From Gemmatimonadota bacterium (GTDB taxonomy: Bacteria > Gemmatimonadota > Gemmatimonadetes > Gemmatimonadales > GWC2-71-9): 33,288 nt of DNA. The notes under the pieces are model-generated. The model searched no databases. It was given only the letters and a program-made list of their open reading frames with translations, and was not told where the DNA came from. Position numbers and translations under genes: made by a program. Positions 16,512-23,825 of the stretch are shown here, piece after piece (positions within the stretch are counted from its first letter, which is position 1; the number at the start of each line of letters is the position of its first letter). The stretch is from positions 1 through 33,288 of the forward strand of contig QHVD01000193.1 of the NCBI GenBank assembly GCA_003222235.1, written 5' to 3'.

Positions 16512-17177
16512 CCGGGCGACGCGGGCGCGCTGGATCCGCCCCGTCCGCCCACCGACGCACGCTGCGCCCCGCACCCCCACGATGTCGGCGCCGAGCTCCC
16601 GTGCGGTGGCGAAGTCCGTGCCCTGGAGGCTGCCCGCGAGCGCGGCAAACACGCCGGCCGCGTGCGCGGCAGCGACCCACAGGCCCACGGTGCCCGGCGG
16701 GAGCAAGTCGAACAAGGCCCGGTCTTTGAAGGCTGTGTCGAGCAGCGCGCCGGTCGCGCCCGTTTCTCGAGCCACGGCGACCAGCGCCCCGGGCGGGAGG
16801 GCCCGCGCGCGCCGCCAGTCAGCGTAGGCGACCAGCACCACGCCCGTCCCGGCCCCCGCCCCGCGACGCACCGCGGCGGCTAGCCGGCGCGCCGATGGTG
16901 CGGACGCGACGCCCGGGAACCCGACCTTCACGAACGCCGCGCCCAGGCCCGCGGCGAGGTGCGCCGCAGTTTCGACGGCACGCTCGGTCGCGCAGTCGCC
17001 GAGCGCCGCGCTGACCGGCCGGCGGACGCCCACGGCGCTCCGGATCGCACGCAACACGTCCGGCGCCACGGCGCCGAGTGCGCCGTGCCGCGGCTCTTTC
17101 GCGTCTATGATGTCGGCGCCGCCAGCGAGCGCGGCGCGCGCTTCGGCCGCATCGGCGACGCTCACGAGCAGACGCAT
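16458..17177 (-). CDS. mfnB: (5-formylfuran-3-yl)methyl phosphate synthase (MfnB, DUF556)
   Basis: 239 aa. Starts MRLLVSVADAAEARAALAGGADIIDAKEP..GALGA, followed by a KVG lysine region, matching the MfnB pattern. Confidence 0.8.
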   Translation of the reverse strand: MRLLVSVADAAEARAALAGGADIIDAKEPRHGALGAVAPDVLRAIRSAVGVRRPVSAALGDCATERAVETAAHLAAGLGAAFVKVGFPGVASAPSARRLAAAVRRGAGAGTGVVLVAYADWRRARALPPGALVAVARETGATGALLDTAFKDRALFDLLPPGTVGLWVAAAHAAGVFAALAGSLQGTDFATARELGADIVGVRGAACVGGRTGRIQRARVARLRALADPASAAQSTAFV

Positions 17178-17238
17178 TCTCGGCCGCTCCCTTGTGGCTG
17201 TCCCAAAACCGCCGATAGGTTAGGGTTCCGGAGGCCCG

Positions 17239-18066
17239 ATGTCAAAACGACAGCTGGAGGAGGAGGCGCAGACGGCGGTCCACGGCGCAGAGGACGTCGC
17301 CGCGAGCCCGACGCTCGCCGGGAAGGTCGTGCTGGTGACCGGCGCGTCGAGCGGCATCGGCCGGGCTATCGCGCTCGCCTGCGCGGAGGCGGGCGCCGAT
17401 GTGACGGTGACGTATCGGACGCGCCAGCAGGGCGCCACGGCGTTGGCAGGCGCGATTCAGCAACTCGGCCGGCGCGCGCACGTGGTGCAGGCCGACACCG
17501 CCGAGCCGCAAGACGTCGAACGGCTCGCGCGCGACGCCCGCGTCGCGTTCGGTCGCGTGGACGCCTGGATCAACAACGCCGGCGCCGACATCCTGACGGG
17601 GAGCACGGCGAGCCGCTCGCGCCTCGAGAAGCTCGACCTGCTCCTCGCCGTGGACCTCCGGGGCACGATCCTCGCCTCATGGGCGGCGGTCGAACTGATG
17701 CGGGAGCAGCCGGTGGGCGGCGTGATAATCAACATGTCGTGGGACCATGTCCTGGTGGGCGGCATGAAGGGAGAGTACGCCCAGGTGTTTTGCGCGGCCA
17801 AGGGCGGCGTATACAGCTTCAGCCGCGCGCTGGCGCGCTCGGTCGCCCCGCACATCCGTGTGAACGTGCTCGGCCCCGGCTGGGTCGAGACGGCATACGG
17901 CAGCGCGCTGGACTCCGAGGTAAAGCGGCGCATCACCGAGACCATTCCGTTGGGTCGCTGGGCGACTCCCGAGGACGTCGCGCATGCGGCGGTCTACCTG
18001 GCCTCGGACGCGGCTTCGTACATCACCGGGCAGATGTTGATGGTCAACGGGGGGAGCGTGGTTTAG
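17239..18066 (+). CDS. Short-chain dehydrogenase/reductase (SDR) with a non-classical active-site spacing
   Basis: 275 aa with the VLVTGASSGIGRAIA Rossmann motif and NNAG. The active-site region reads NMSW...GEYAQVFCAAKGG, which is Y-x7-K, with Phe where YxxxK would place the Tyr. Confidence 0.8.
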   Translation: MSKRQLEEEAQTAVHGAEDVAASPTLAGKVVLVTGASSGIGRAIALACAEAGADVTVTYRTRQQGATALAGAIQQLGRRAHVVQADTAEPQDVERLARDARVAFGRVDAWINNAGADILTGSTASRSRLEKLDLLLAVDLRGTILASWAAVELMREQPVGGVIINMSWDHVLVGGMKGEYAQVFCAAKGGVYSFSRALARSVAPHIRVNVLGPGWVETAYGSALDSEVKRRITETIPLGRWATPEDVAHAAVYLASDAASYITGQMLMVNGGSVV

Positions 18067-18090
18067 GCTCTCCAAAACAGGAGACGACTG

Positions 18091-18450
18091 ATGGCTGGCA
18101 CAGAACCCACGTATAGCGACGCGCAGATCGAAGAAAAGCTCAAGGAATTTCCGGGCTGGTGGTACGAGGATGGATGGATCCGCCGCAACTACAAGACGGA
18201 CGGGTGGCCGACCACCCTGATGCTGGTGAACGCCATCGGGTACCTCGCCGAGGCCGCCTACCATCACCCGGATCTCGCGGTGACGTGGGGCCGCGTCATC
18301 GTGAAGCTCAAGAACCACGCCGCCGGCGGCGTCACCGACAAAGACTTCGAGCTGGCACGGAAGATCGAGGAGCTGGTGCTGTGGCGGCCGAAGGGCGGCG
18401 CACTCGAGGGGACGCCCAACAAGTTCGTGCGCTCCGGCGACCCCCGGTGA
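18091..18450 (+). CDS. Pterin-4a-carbinolamine dehydratase (PCD/DCoH family)
   Basis: 119 aa. EAAYHHPDLAVTWGRVIVKLKNHAAGGVTDKD fits the catalytic pattern E-x3-H-H-P-x5-W-x9-H-x8-D. AGGAG lies upstream of the ATG. Confidence 0.85.
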   Translation: MAGTEPTYSDAQIEEKLKEFPGWWYEDGWIRRNYKTDGWPTTLMLVNAIGYLAEAAYHHPDLAVTWGRVIVKLKNHAAGGVTDKDFELARKIEELVLWRPKGGALEGTPNKFVRSGDPR

Positions 18451-19895
18451 CGGTGGAGCCGGCGGCGGAGCGCGAGCCCCGGCGGGTCCTGTTCGTCACG
18501 GGAAAGCTCGCCGAGCCGGCGCTCCGCCGCACGCTCGCCGAGATGGCGCCGGCCTTCAGCTGCGACGTGGCGGTCATGAAGATCACCGTGGCCGCCCTGA
18601 TGACCACTCCCTGGATCGCGCGGTTCCTGGATGTGCCCGCCGGCGCCGATCTCGTTCTGATCCCTGGACTGAGCGAGGGCGATCCCGCGGTGATCGCAGA
18701 GAAGGTCGGTGTGCGGGTCGAGAAGGGCCCCAAGGACCTGCGCGAGATCCCCGAGTACTTCGGGCGCGCGGCGACCATGCGGGCGTACGGGGCGTACGAC
18801 ATCGAGATCGTGGCCGAGGTGAACAACGCGCCCCGGCTCCCGCGCGACGCGCTGCGCCGCGAGGCCGAGTATTACCGCGCGAGCGGCGCGGACGTGATCG
18901 ACATCGGATGCACCCCGGGGCGCGCGTTCCCCGCCCTCGCCGAAGTCGTGCGCGAGTTGCTCGCCTCGGGGATGCGGGTGAGCATCGACTCCTTCGAGCC
19001 CGCCGAGATCCGAGCGGCCGTGGGGGCGGGCGCCGAGCTCGTGCTGAGCGTCAACGGCTCGAACCTCGCCGTGGCGCGAGACCTCGCCGGCACGCGGGCC
19101 CGCGTCGTGGCGATCCCCGACTTCGGCCAGGGGATCGAGACGCTCGAGCCGACCATCAGCGCGCTCGAGCGCTGGGGCGTGCCCTACCTGATCGACCCCG
19201 TCATCGAGCCGGTCGGGTACGGCTTCATGGCGTCGCTCGAGCGCTTCGCCGAGGCGCGCCGGCGTTACCCCGACGCCCCGCTGTTCATGGGGATCGGCAA
19301 CATCACCGAACTGACCGCGGCCGACACGACGGGGGTGAACGCCCTGCTCGTGGCCATCTGCCAGGAAATCGGTGTTCGGGCAGTGCTCACCACGGAGGTC
19401 ATCCCCTGGGCCCGGGGGGCGGTGCGCGAAGTGGACATCGCCCGCCGGCTGATGCATCACGCGGTGACGCGCAAAACGCTTCCCAAGGGCATCGACGACC
19501 GGCTCGTCACGCTCAAGGACCCGCAGATCCTCGCCTACACCGAAACGGAGCTGCGCGAGCTGCAGCGGGCCGTCACCGACCCGAACTTTCGCATCTTCAC
19601 CGACCGGGACGCGATCACGGTGTTCAACCACGAGCGCTTCGTGCGCGGCACGGAGCTCCACGAGATCTTCGCGCAGCTGGGCGTGGACGAGCCGACTCAC
19701 GCGTTCTACCTCGGCCGCGAGCTGATGAAGGCGAAGCTCGCCGTCACTCTCGGCAAGACCTACCGGCAGGAGGGCGCGCTGCAGTGGGGCTACCTCTCGC
19801 CCCCGGACGACCGCGGGCCGGAGCACGTGCGCCTCACCCAGCGCTCGGCCCGCTCGCGGGGGGGGGCCCGCCGCAAGGCGAAGGACGGCGCGTGA
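18447..19895 (+). CDS. Dihydropteroate-synthase-like protein of the H4MPT pathway (MptH-like pterin-binding barrel with N- and C-terminal extra domains)
   Basis: GTG 18447 overlaps the PCD stop (GTGA). Contains GADVIDIGC, SIDSF and MGIGNITELT pterin-binding-domain motifs, followed by a C-terminal extension. Confidence 0.8.
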   Translation: MTVEPAAEREPRRVLFVTGKLAEPALRRTLAEMAPAFSCDVAVMKITVAALMTTPWIARFLDVPAGADLVLIPGLSEGDPAVIAEKVGVRVEKGPKDLREIPEYFGRAATMRAYGAYDIEIVAEVNNAPRLPRDALRREAEYYRASGADVIDIGCTPGRAFPALAEVVRELLASGMRVSIDSFEPAEIRAAVGAGAELVLSVNGSNLAVARDLAGTRARVVAIPDFGQGIETLEPTISALERWGVPYLIDPVIEPVGYGFMASLERFAEARRRYPDAPLFMGIGNITELTAADTTGVNALLVAICQEIGVRAVLTTEVIPWARGAVREVDIARRLMHHAVTRKTLPKGIDDRLVTLKDPQILAYTETELRELQRAVTDPNFRIFTDRDAITVFNHERFVRGTELHEIFAQLGVDEPTHAFYLGRELMKAKLAVTLGKTYRQEGALQWGYLSPPDDRGPEHVRLTQRSARSRGGARRKAKDGA

Positions 19896-21391
19896 GCGCG
19901 ACGCCGCTCGTCGAGGAGCTCGTTCCCGCCCCCGACCCGCTCGAGGCATGCGCGGGGTTGGCGGATCTCGGCTTCCTCGTGCTCCTCGACAGCGCCGCCG
20001 ACCCCGAGCACCTGGGGCGCCACTCCTTCCTCGCTGCAGGCCCGTTCACCGCCGTGCGCTCGAAGGGCGCGCTCACCCAACGGCTGGTCGACGGCCGCTG
20101 GACCCGGGTCGGTGAGGATCCGCTCGAGCACACGCGACTGCTGCTCGCGCCCTGTGCCGCCGAACCCGTCGCCGGGATCCCGCCCTTCCAGGGGGGCGCC
20201 GCCGGTTACCTCGGCTACGACTGGGGCGCAATGCTCGAGCGCATCCCGCGGCCCCGCCACGACGACCTCGCGATCCCAGACGTGCTGCTGGGACTGTACG
20301 ACTGGGTGATCGCATGGGACCATCCCGCCCGGCGCGCGTGGCTGGTCTCGACGGGGATGCCCGAGCAGGGCGCCGCGCGAACCGAGCGAGCGGCGCGCCG
20401 ACTGGCGTTCGTGAAACAGAGGCTGGCGGACGGCCGGACGGGCGGACGGGCGGACGGGAAAGGGGAAACGAGAAACGGGAAACGGGGCTCACTGGAGCAC
20501 CACGTTTCCCGTTTCCCCTTTCCCGTTTCCCGTGACGCGTGCGCCCCCTCGTATCCGGTGCCCGACGTGCCCGGCGTGCGCTCCAACTTCACCCGCCCCG
20601 GCTATCTCGAGGCGGTCGCCCGGGTCATCGAGTACGTTGGCGCCGGAGACATCTTCCAGGCGAACCTGTCGCAGCGACTGCACGCCCCCCTCGTGGGCGC
20701 GCCATTCGAGCTGTACCGCCGCCTGCGGCGCCGGAACCCCGCGCCGTTCGCCGCGTTCCTCGACTTCGGGGACGTCGTGGTGGCGAGCTCGTCGCCGGAG
20801 CGGTTCCTCCGCGTCCACGACGGCCGCCAGGTCGAGACGCGCCCCATCAAGGGCACGCGGCCGCGCGGCGCGGGTCCCGAGCACGACGCGGCACTCGCCC
20901 TGGCGCTCGCCGAGAGCGAGAAGGATCGGGCCGAGAACGTGATGATCGTGGACTTGCTGAGGAACGACCTGTCGCGCGTGTGCCGGCCCGGCTCGGTCCG
21001 CGTCCCCGAGCTGTTCGCACTCGAGCACTACGCGACGGTGCACCACCTCGTCTCGACGGTCGTTGGCGAGCTCGCTGCCGAGCACGGCCCGGTGGAGCTG
21101 GTGCGGGCGGCCTTTCCGGGAGGCTCGATCACCGGAGCGCCCAAGGTGCGCGCGATGCAGATCATCGCGGAGCTCGAGCCCACGCAGCGCGGCGTCTACT
21201 GCGGCGCGATCGGCTATCTGAGCGTCACCGGCGCGCTCGATACGAGCATCGTGATCCGCACCTATCTCGTGCTCGAGCGCGACGTGTATTTTCAGGTCGG
21301 CGGCGGCATCGTGGCCGATTCGGACCCCGAGCAGGAGTACCGGGAGACGCTCGACAAGGCCCGCAGCCTGATCGCCGCCCTGACGCCATGA
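19892..21391 (+). CDS. pabB: Aminodeoxychorismate synthase component I (PabB), carrying an in-frame palindromic insertion
   Basis: GTG 19892 overlaps the upstream stop. Contains GDIFQANLSQR, SSSPERFL, RPIKGTRPRG, AENVMIVDLLRND, GGSITGAPK and VGGGIVADSDP chorismate-binding motifs. Confidence 0.85.
   Translation: MSATPLVEELVPAPDPLEACAGLADLGFLVLLDSAADPEHLGRHSFLAAGPFTAVRSKGALTQRLVDGRWTRVGEDPLEHTRLLLAPCAAEPVAGIPPFQGGAAGYLGYDWGAMLERIPRPRHDDLAIPDVLLGLYDWVIAWDHPARRAWLVSTGMPEQGAARTERAARRLAFVKQRLADGRTGGRADGKGETRNGKRGSLEHHVSRFPFPVSRDACAPSYPVPDVPGVRSNFTRPGYLEAVARVIEYVGAGDIFQANLSQRLHAPLVGAPFELYRRLRRRNPAPFAAFLDFGDVVVASSSPERFLRVHDGRQVETRPIKGTRPRGAGPEHDAALALALAESEKDRAENVMIVDLLRNDLSRVCRPGSVRVPELFALEHYATVHHLVSTVVGELAAEHGPVELVRAAFPGGSITGAPKVRAMQIIAELEPTQRGVYCGAIGYLSVTGALDTSIVIRTYLVLERDVYFQVGGGIVADSDPEQEYRETLDKARSLIAALTP
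20435..20458. repeat. Tandem octamer repeat (CGGACGGG)x3, identical 24-mer also at 32267-32290
   Basis: Direct reading: CGGACGGGCGGACGGGCGGACGGG. Degenerate extra units flank it at both loci. Confidence 0.8.
20455..20532. repeat. 78-nt palindromic element (30-nt arms, 27/30 complementary, 18-nt loop) inside pabB
   Basis: Left arm 20455-20484 is CGGGAAAGGGGAAACGAGAAACGGGAAACG. Right arm 20503-20532 is CGTTTCCCGTTTCCCCTTTCCCGTTTCCCG. Confidence 0.8.
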
Positions 21392-22062
21392 TCCTGCTCA
21401 TCGACAACTACGACTCGTTCGTCTACAACCTGGACCGCTACGTGCGCGAGCTGGGCGAGAAGACCGTTGTACGACGCCATGACGCCACGTCGTGCGAGGA
21501 GATTCAGGCGCTCCGGCCTTCGCATATCATCATCTCCCCCGGGCCGTGTTCGCCCGGCGAAGCGGGGATCTCGACGGACGTGGTGCGGCGGTTCGGGGCG
21601 ACGACGCCGATCCTGGGCGTCTGCCTCGGCCACCAGTGCATCGGCGCCGCCTACGGCGCGGGGATCGTCCGGGCCGGACGGCCGATGCATGGCAAGGCGT
21701 CGTGCATCCGCCACGACGCCCGCGGGCTGTTCGCGGGGCTGCCGAACCCGTTCCGGGCCGCCCGCTACCACTCACTGGTGATTGCGCGAGACCACGTGCC
21801 GCCCGAGCTGCGCGTCACCGCCACCGCCGAAGACGGCGAGATCATGGCGGTGGAGCACGTCCGCCACCCCGTGATCGGCCTCCAGTTTCATCCCGAGTCG
21901 GTGCTCACCGAGCACGGATATCTGCTGCTCGACCGCTTCCTCCACAGGGCGGGGGCGGGGGCGGCCGCGTCGCGGGCGGAGCTCCCCGACCGGGCGGACG
22001 GCGCGCGGGCGCCAGCATCGGGGCCTGCGTTCGTCGCGCCACCGGTGGAGCTGGTCCGGTGA
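21388..22062 (+). CDS. pabA: Aminodeoxychorismate/anthranilate synthase component II (glutamine amidotransferase, PabA)
   Basis: Starts MILLIDNYDSFVYNL. Contains PILGVCLGHQ (catalytic Cys) and GLQFHPES. ATGA overlap with pabB. Confidence 0.9.
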   Translation: MILLIDNYDSFVYNLDRYVRELGEKTVVRRHDATSCEEIQALRPSHIIISPGPCSPGEAGISTDVVRRFGATTPILGVCLGHQCIGAAYGAGIVRAGRPMHGKASCIRHDARGLFAGLPNPFRAARYHSLVIARDHVPPELRVTATAEDGEIMAVEHVRHPVIGLQFHPESVLTEHGYLLLDRFLHRAGAGAAASRAELPDRADGARAPASGPAFVAPPVELVR

Positions 22063-22640
22063 TCATCGAGTCGATCCTCACGACGATGGACCCGGCGGGC
22101 AAGGTGAATTTCGCTCCGATGGGCGTTGAGTGGGGCGACGCCGAGATCGTCATCAAGCCGTTCCTCGAGACCACCACGTTCCGCAACTTGCGCGAGACCG
22201 GCGCGGCCGTCGTGAACCTGACCGACGACGTGATGCTCTTCGCCCGGGGGGCGACGTCCGACGTCCAGTTTCCCGCGGCCCCGGCGAGCGTCGTGCGCGG
22301 TGTCGTGCTCGAGGCCGCCTGTTCGTGGCGCGAAGTGGAAGTGCGGTCCATGGACGCTACGCCGCCCCGGGCGCGCGTCGTCACGACGGTCGTGCACCGG
22401 GGAGTCCGCCGGGAGTTCCTCGGCTTCAACCGGGCGCGGCACGCGGTGCTCGAGGCGGCGATCCTCGCGACGCGCACCCACCTGCTCCCCGCCGAGCAGA
22501 TCCGCGAGGAGTTCGCGCGGCTGCAGGTGATCGTGGACAAGACGGCGGGACCGCGGGAGCGCGACGCCATGGCGCTGCTGACCGAGTACGTGCGCTCGGC
22601 GCCGACGGCGGCCCGCGCCGAGCAGGCCGCTCCGCGGTGA
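22059..22640 (+). CDS. DUF447-family protein (flavin-binding split-barrel-like, orf21-like of H4MPT islands)
   Basis: 193 aa starting IIESILTTMDPAGKVNFAPMGV. GTGA overlap with pabA. Confidence 0.7.
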   Translation: MIIESILTTMDPAGKVNFAPMGVEWGDAEIVIKPFLETTTFRNLRETGAAVVNLTDDVMLFARGATSDVQFPAAPASVVRGVVLEAACSWREVEVRSMDATPPRARVVTTVVHRGVRREFLGFNRARHAVLEAAILATRTHLLPAEQIREEFARLQVIVDKTAGPRERDAMALLTEYVRSAPTAARAEQAAPR

Positions 22641-23611
22641 GCGACGCGGCTCCGGTGGTGGTCGAGGCGCCGGCGCGCCTCCACTTCGGGGTCCTGGACT
22701 TGCGCGGCGACCTCGGGCGCCGCTTCGGCGGCATCGGCGCCGCGGTGCCGGTCCCGTCGTTGTTGCTCGAGGCGCGGCGCGCCCCGGCGCTCGCAGCCGA
22801 AGGGCCGGACGCCGAGCGCGCGCTCGCGTTCGCACAGCGGTTCGCCGCGTACCACCGCCTCGACGCGCGCGTGCGCTTTTGCCTGCATCGCACGATTCCC
22901 GCCCACGCCGGGCTCGGCTCGGGGACCCAGCTCGCGCTCGCGGTGGCGCGCGCCACGGCCGAGTTGTACGGCCTGCCCACCGATCCAGCGGCGCTCGCGC
23001 GCGGGGTGGATCGCGGCCGCCGCTCCGCGGTCGGCACCTGGACGTTCGCGGCCGGCGGGTTCGTGCTCGAAGGGGGGCACCGAAGCGACGGCGACGGGGT
23101 CGCGCCGCTCGTCGTGCGCCTCCCGATTCCCGCATCGTGGCGCTGCGTCGTGGCGGTCCCTCGGGGCACACCGGGGCTCGCCGGCGACGAGGAAGCCGCA
23201 GCCTTCGCGCGCCTTCCCCCGGCTCCCGCACGCGAGGTGGAGCGCGTCGCGCACCTCGTGCTGCTGCAGCTCCTCCCCGCGCTCGCGGAGGGCGATCTCG
23301 CGGACTTTGGGGCCGCCCTGGCGGAAGTGCAACGCATCACCGGTCGCTGGTTCGCGCCCGTCCAGGGCGGCGGGTTCGCGCCCGGCGAGACGGGGCAGCT
23401 CGTGGAGCGGCTGCGCGAATGGGGAGCGGTCGGCGTGGGGCAAAGCTCCTGGGGACCCGCCGTTTACGGGATCGTAGGGGACGCGCGCGACTCGCAGGCC
23501 CTGGCGGAGCGCGTGAGGGGAATCCTCGACGCCGGCGGAACGGTGTACGAGAGCGGCTTCAGCTCAGTCGGGGCGCGCGTCTGGCGGGGTGACCCGCGCG
23601 TTTCACCCTGA
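22637..23611 (+). CDS. mptG: Beta-ribofuranosylaminobenzene 5'-phosphate synthase (GHMP-kinase fold)
   Basis: 324 aa. Has APARLHFGVLDL and the IPAHAGLGSGTQLALAV GHMP motif. GTGA overlap with the DUF447 gene. Confidence 0.8.
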   Translation: MSDAAPVVVEAPARLHFGVLDLRGDLGRRFGGIGAAVPVPSLLLEARRAPALAAEGPDAERALAFAQRFAAYHRLDARVRFCLHRTIPAHAGLGSGTQLALAVARATAELYGLPTDPAALARGVDRGRRSAVGTWTFAAGGFVLEGGHRSDGDGVAPLVVRLPIPASWRCVVAVPRGTPGLAGDEEAAAFARLPPAPAREVERVAHLVLLQLLPALAEGDLADFGAALAEVQRITGRWFAPVQGGGFAPGETGQLVERLREWGAVGVGQSSWGPAVYGIVGDARDSQALAERVRGILDAGGTVYESGFSSVGARVWRGDPRVSP

Positions 23612-23634
23612 AATCTCGGGCTTTCCGGGGATGA

Positions 23635-23663
23635 TTGACAGTCGCGTGCAGCATGGATATAAC
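23635..23663 (+). promoter_or_regulatory. Sigma-70-like promoter candidate for the xox operon
   Basis: TTGACA (23635-23640), a 17-nt spacer, then TATAAC (23658-23663). Located in the only clearly lower-GC intergenic stretch, about 165 nt upstream of the xoxF ATG. Confidence 0.4.
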
Positions 23664-23825
23664 CACTATCCCTGGCAGCAATCCCACTCGGACGGAGGGA
23701 GACCGGCGATGGCTCTGGCCTGTTGGGAACGTGGCCCCCCGTAATGACGCGCGAGGGTCTCGAAGCTGACGGGCAAATGACGCGAACCACTCTTCACCAC
23801 GCTCATCCTCAACATGAGGTCAGCT

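Noticed and set aside
23670-23690. TGGCAG...CCAC in the xoxF upstream region as a possible sigma-54 (-24/-12) promoter.
   Set aside because: The -12 element (TTGC) is absent at the required spacing. The sigma-70-like TTGACA/TATAAC pair just upstream is a much better match.
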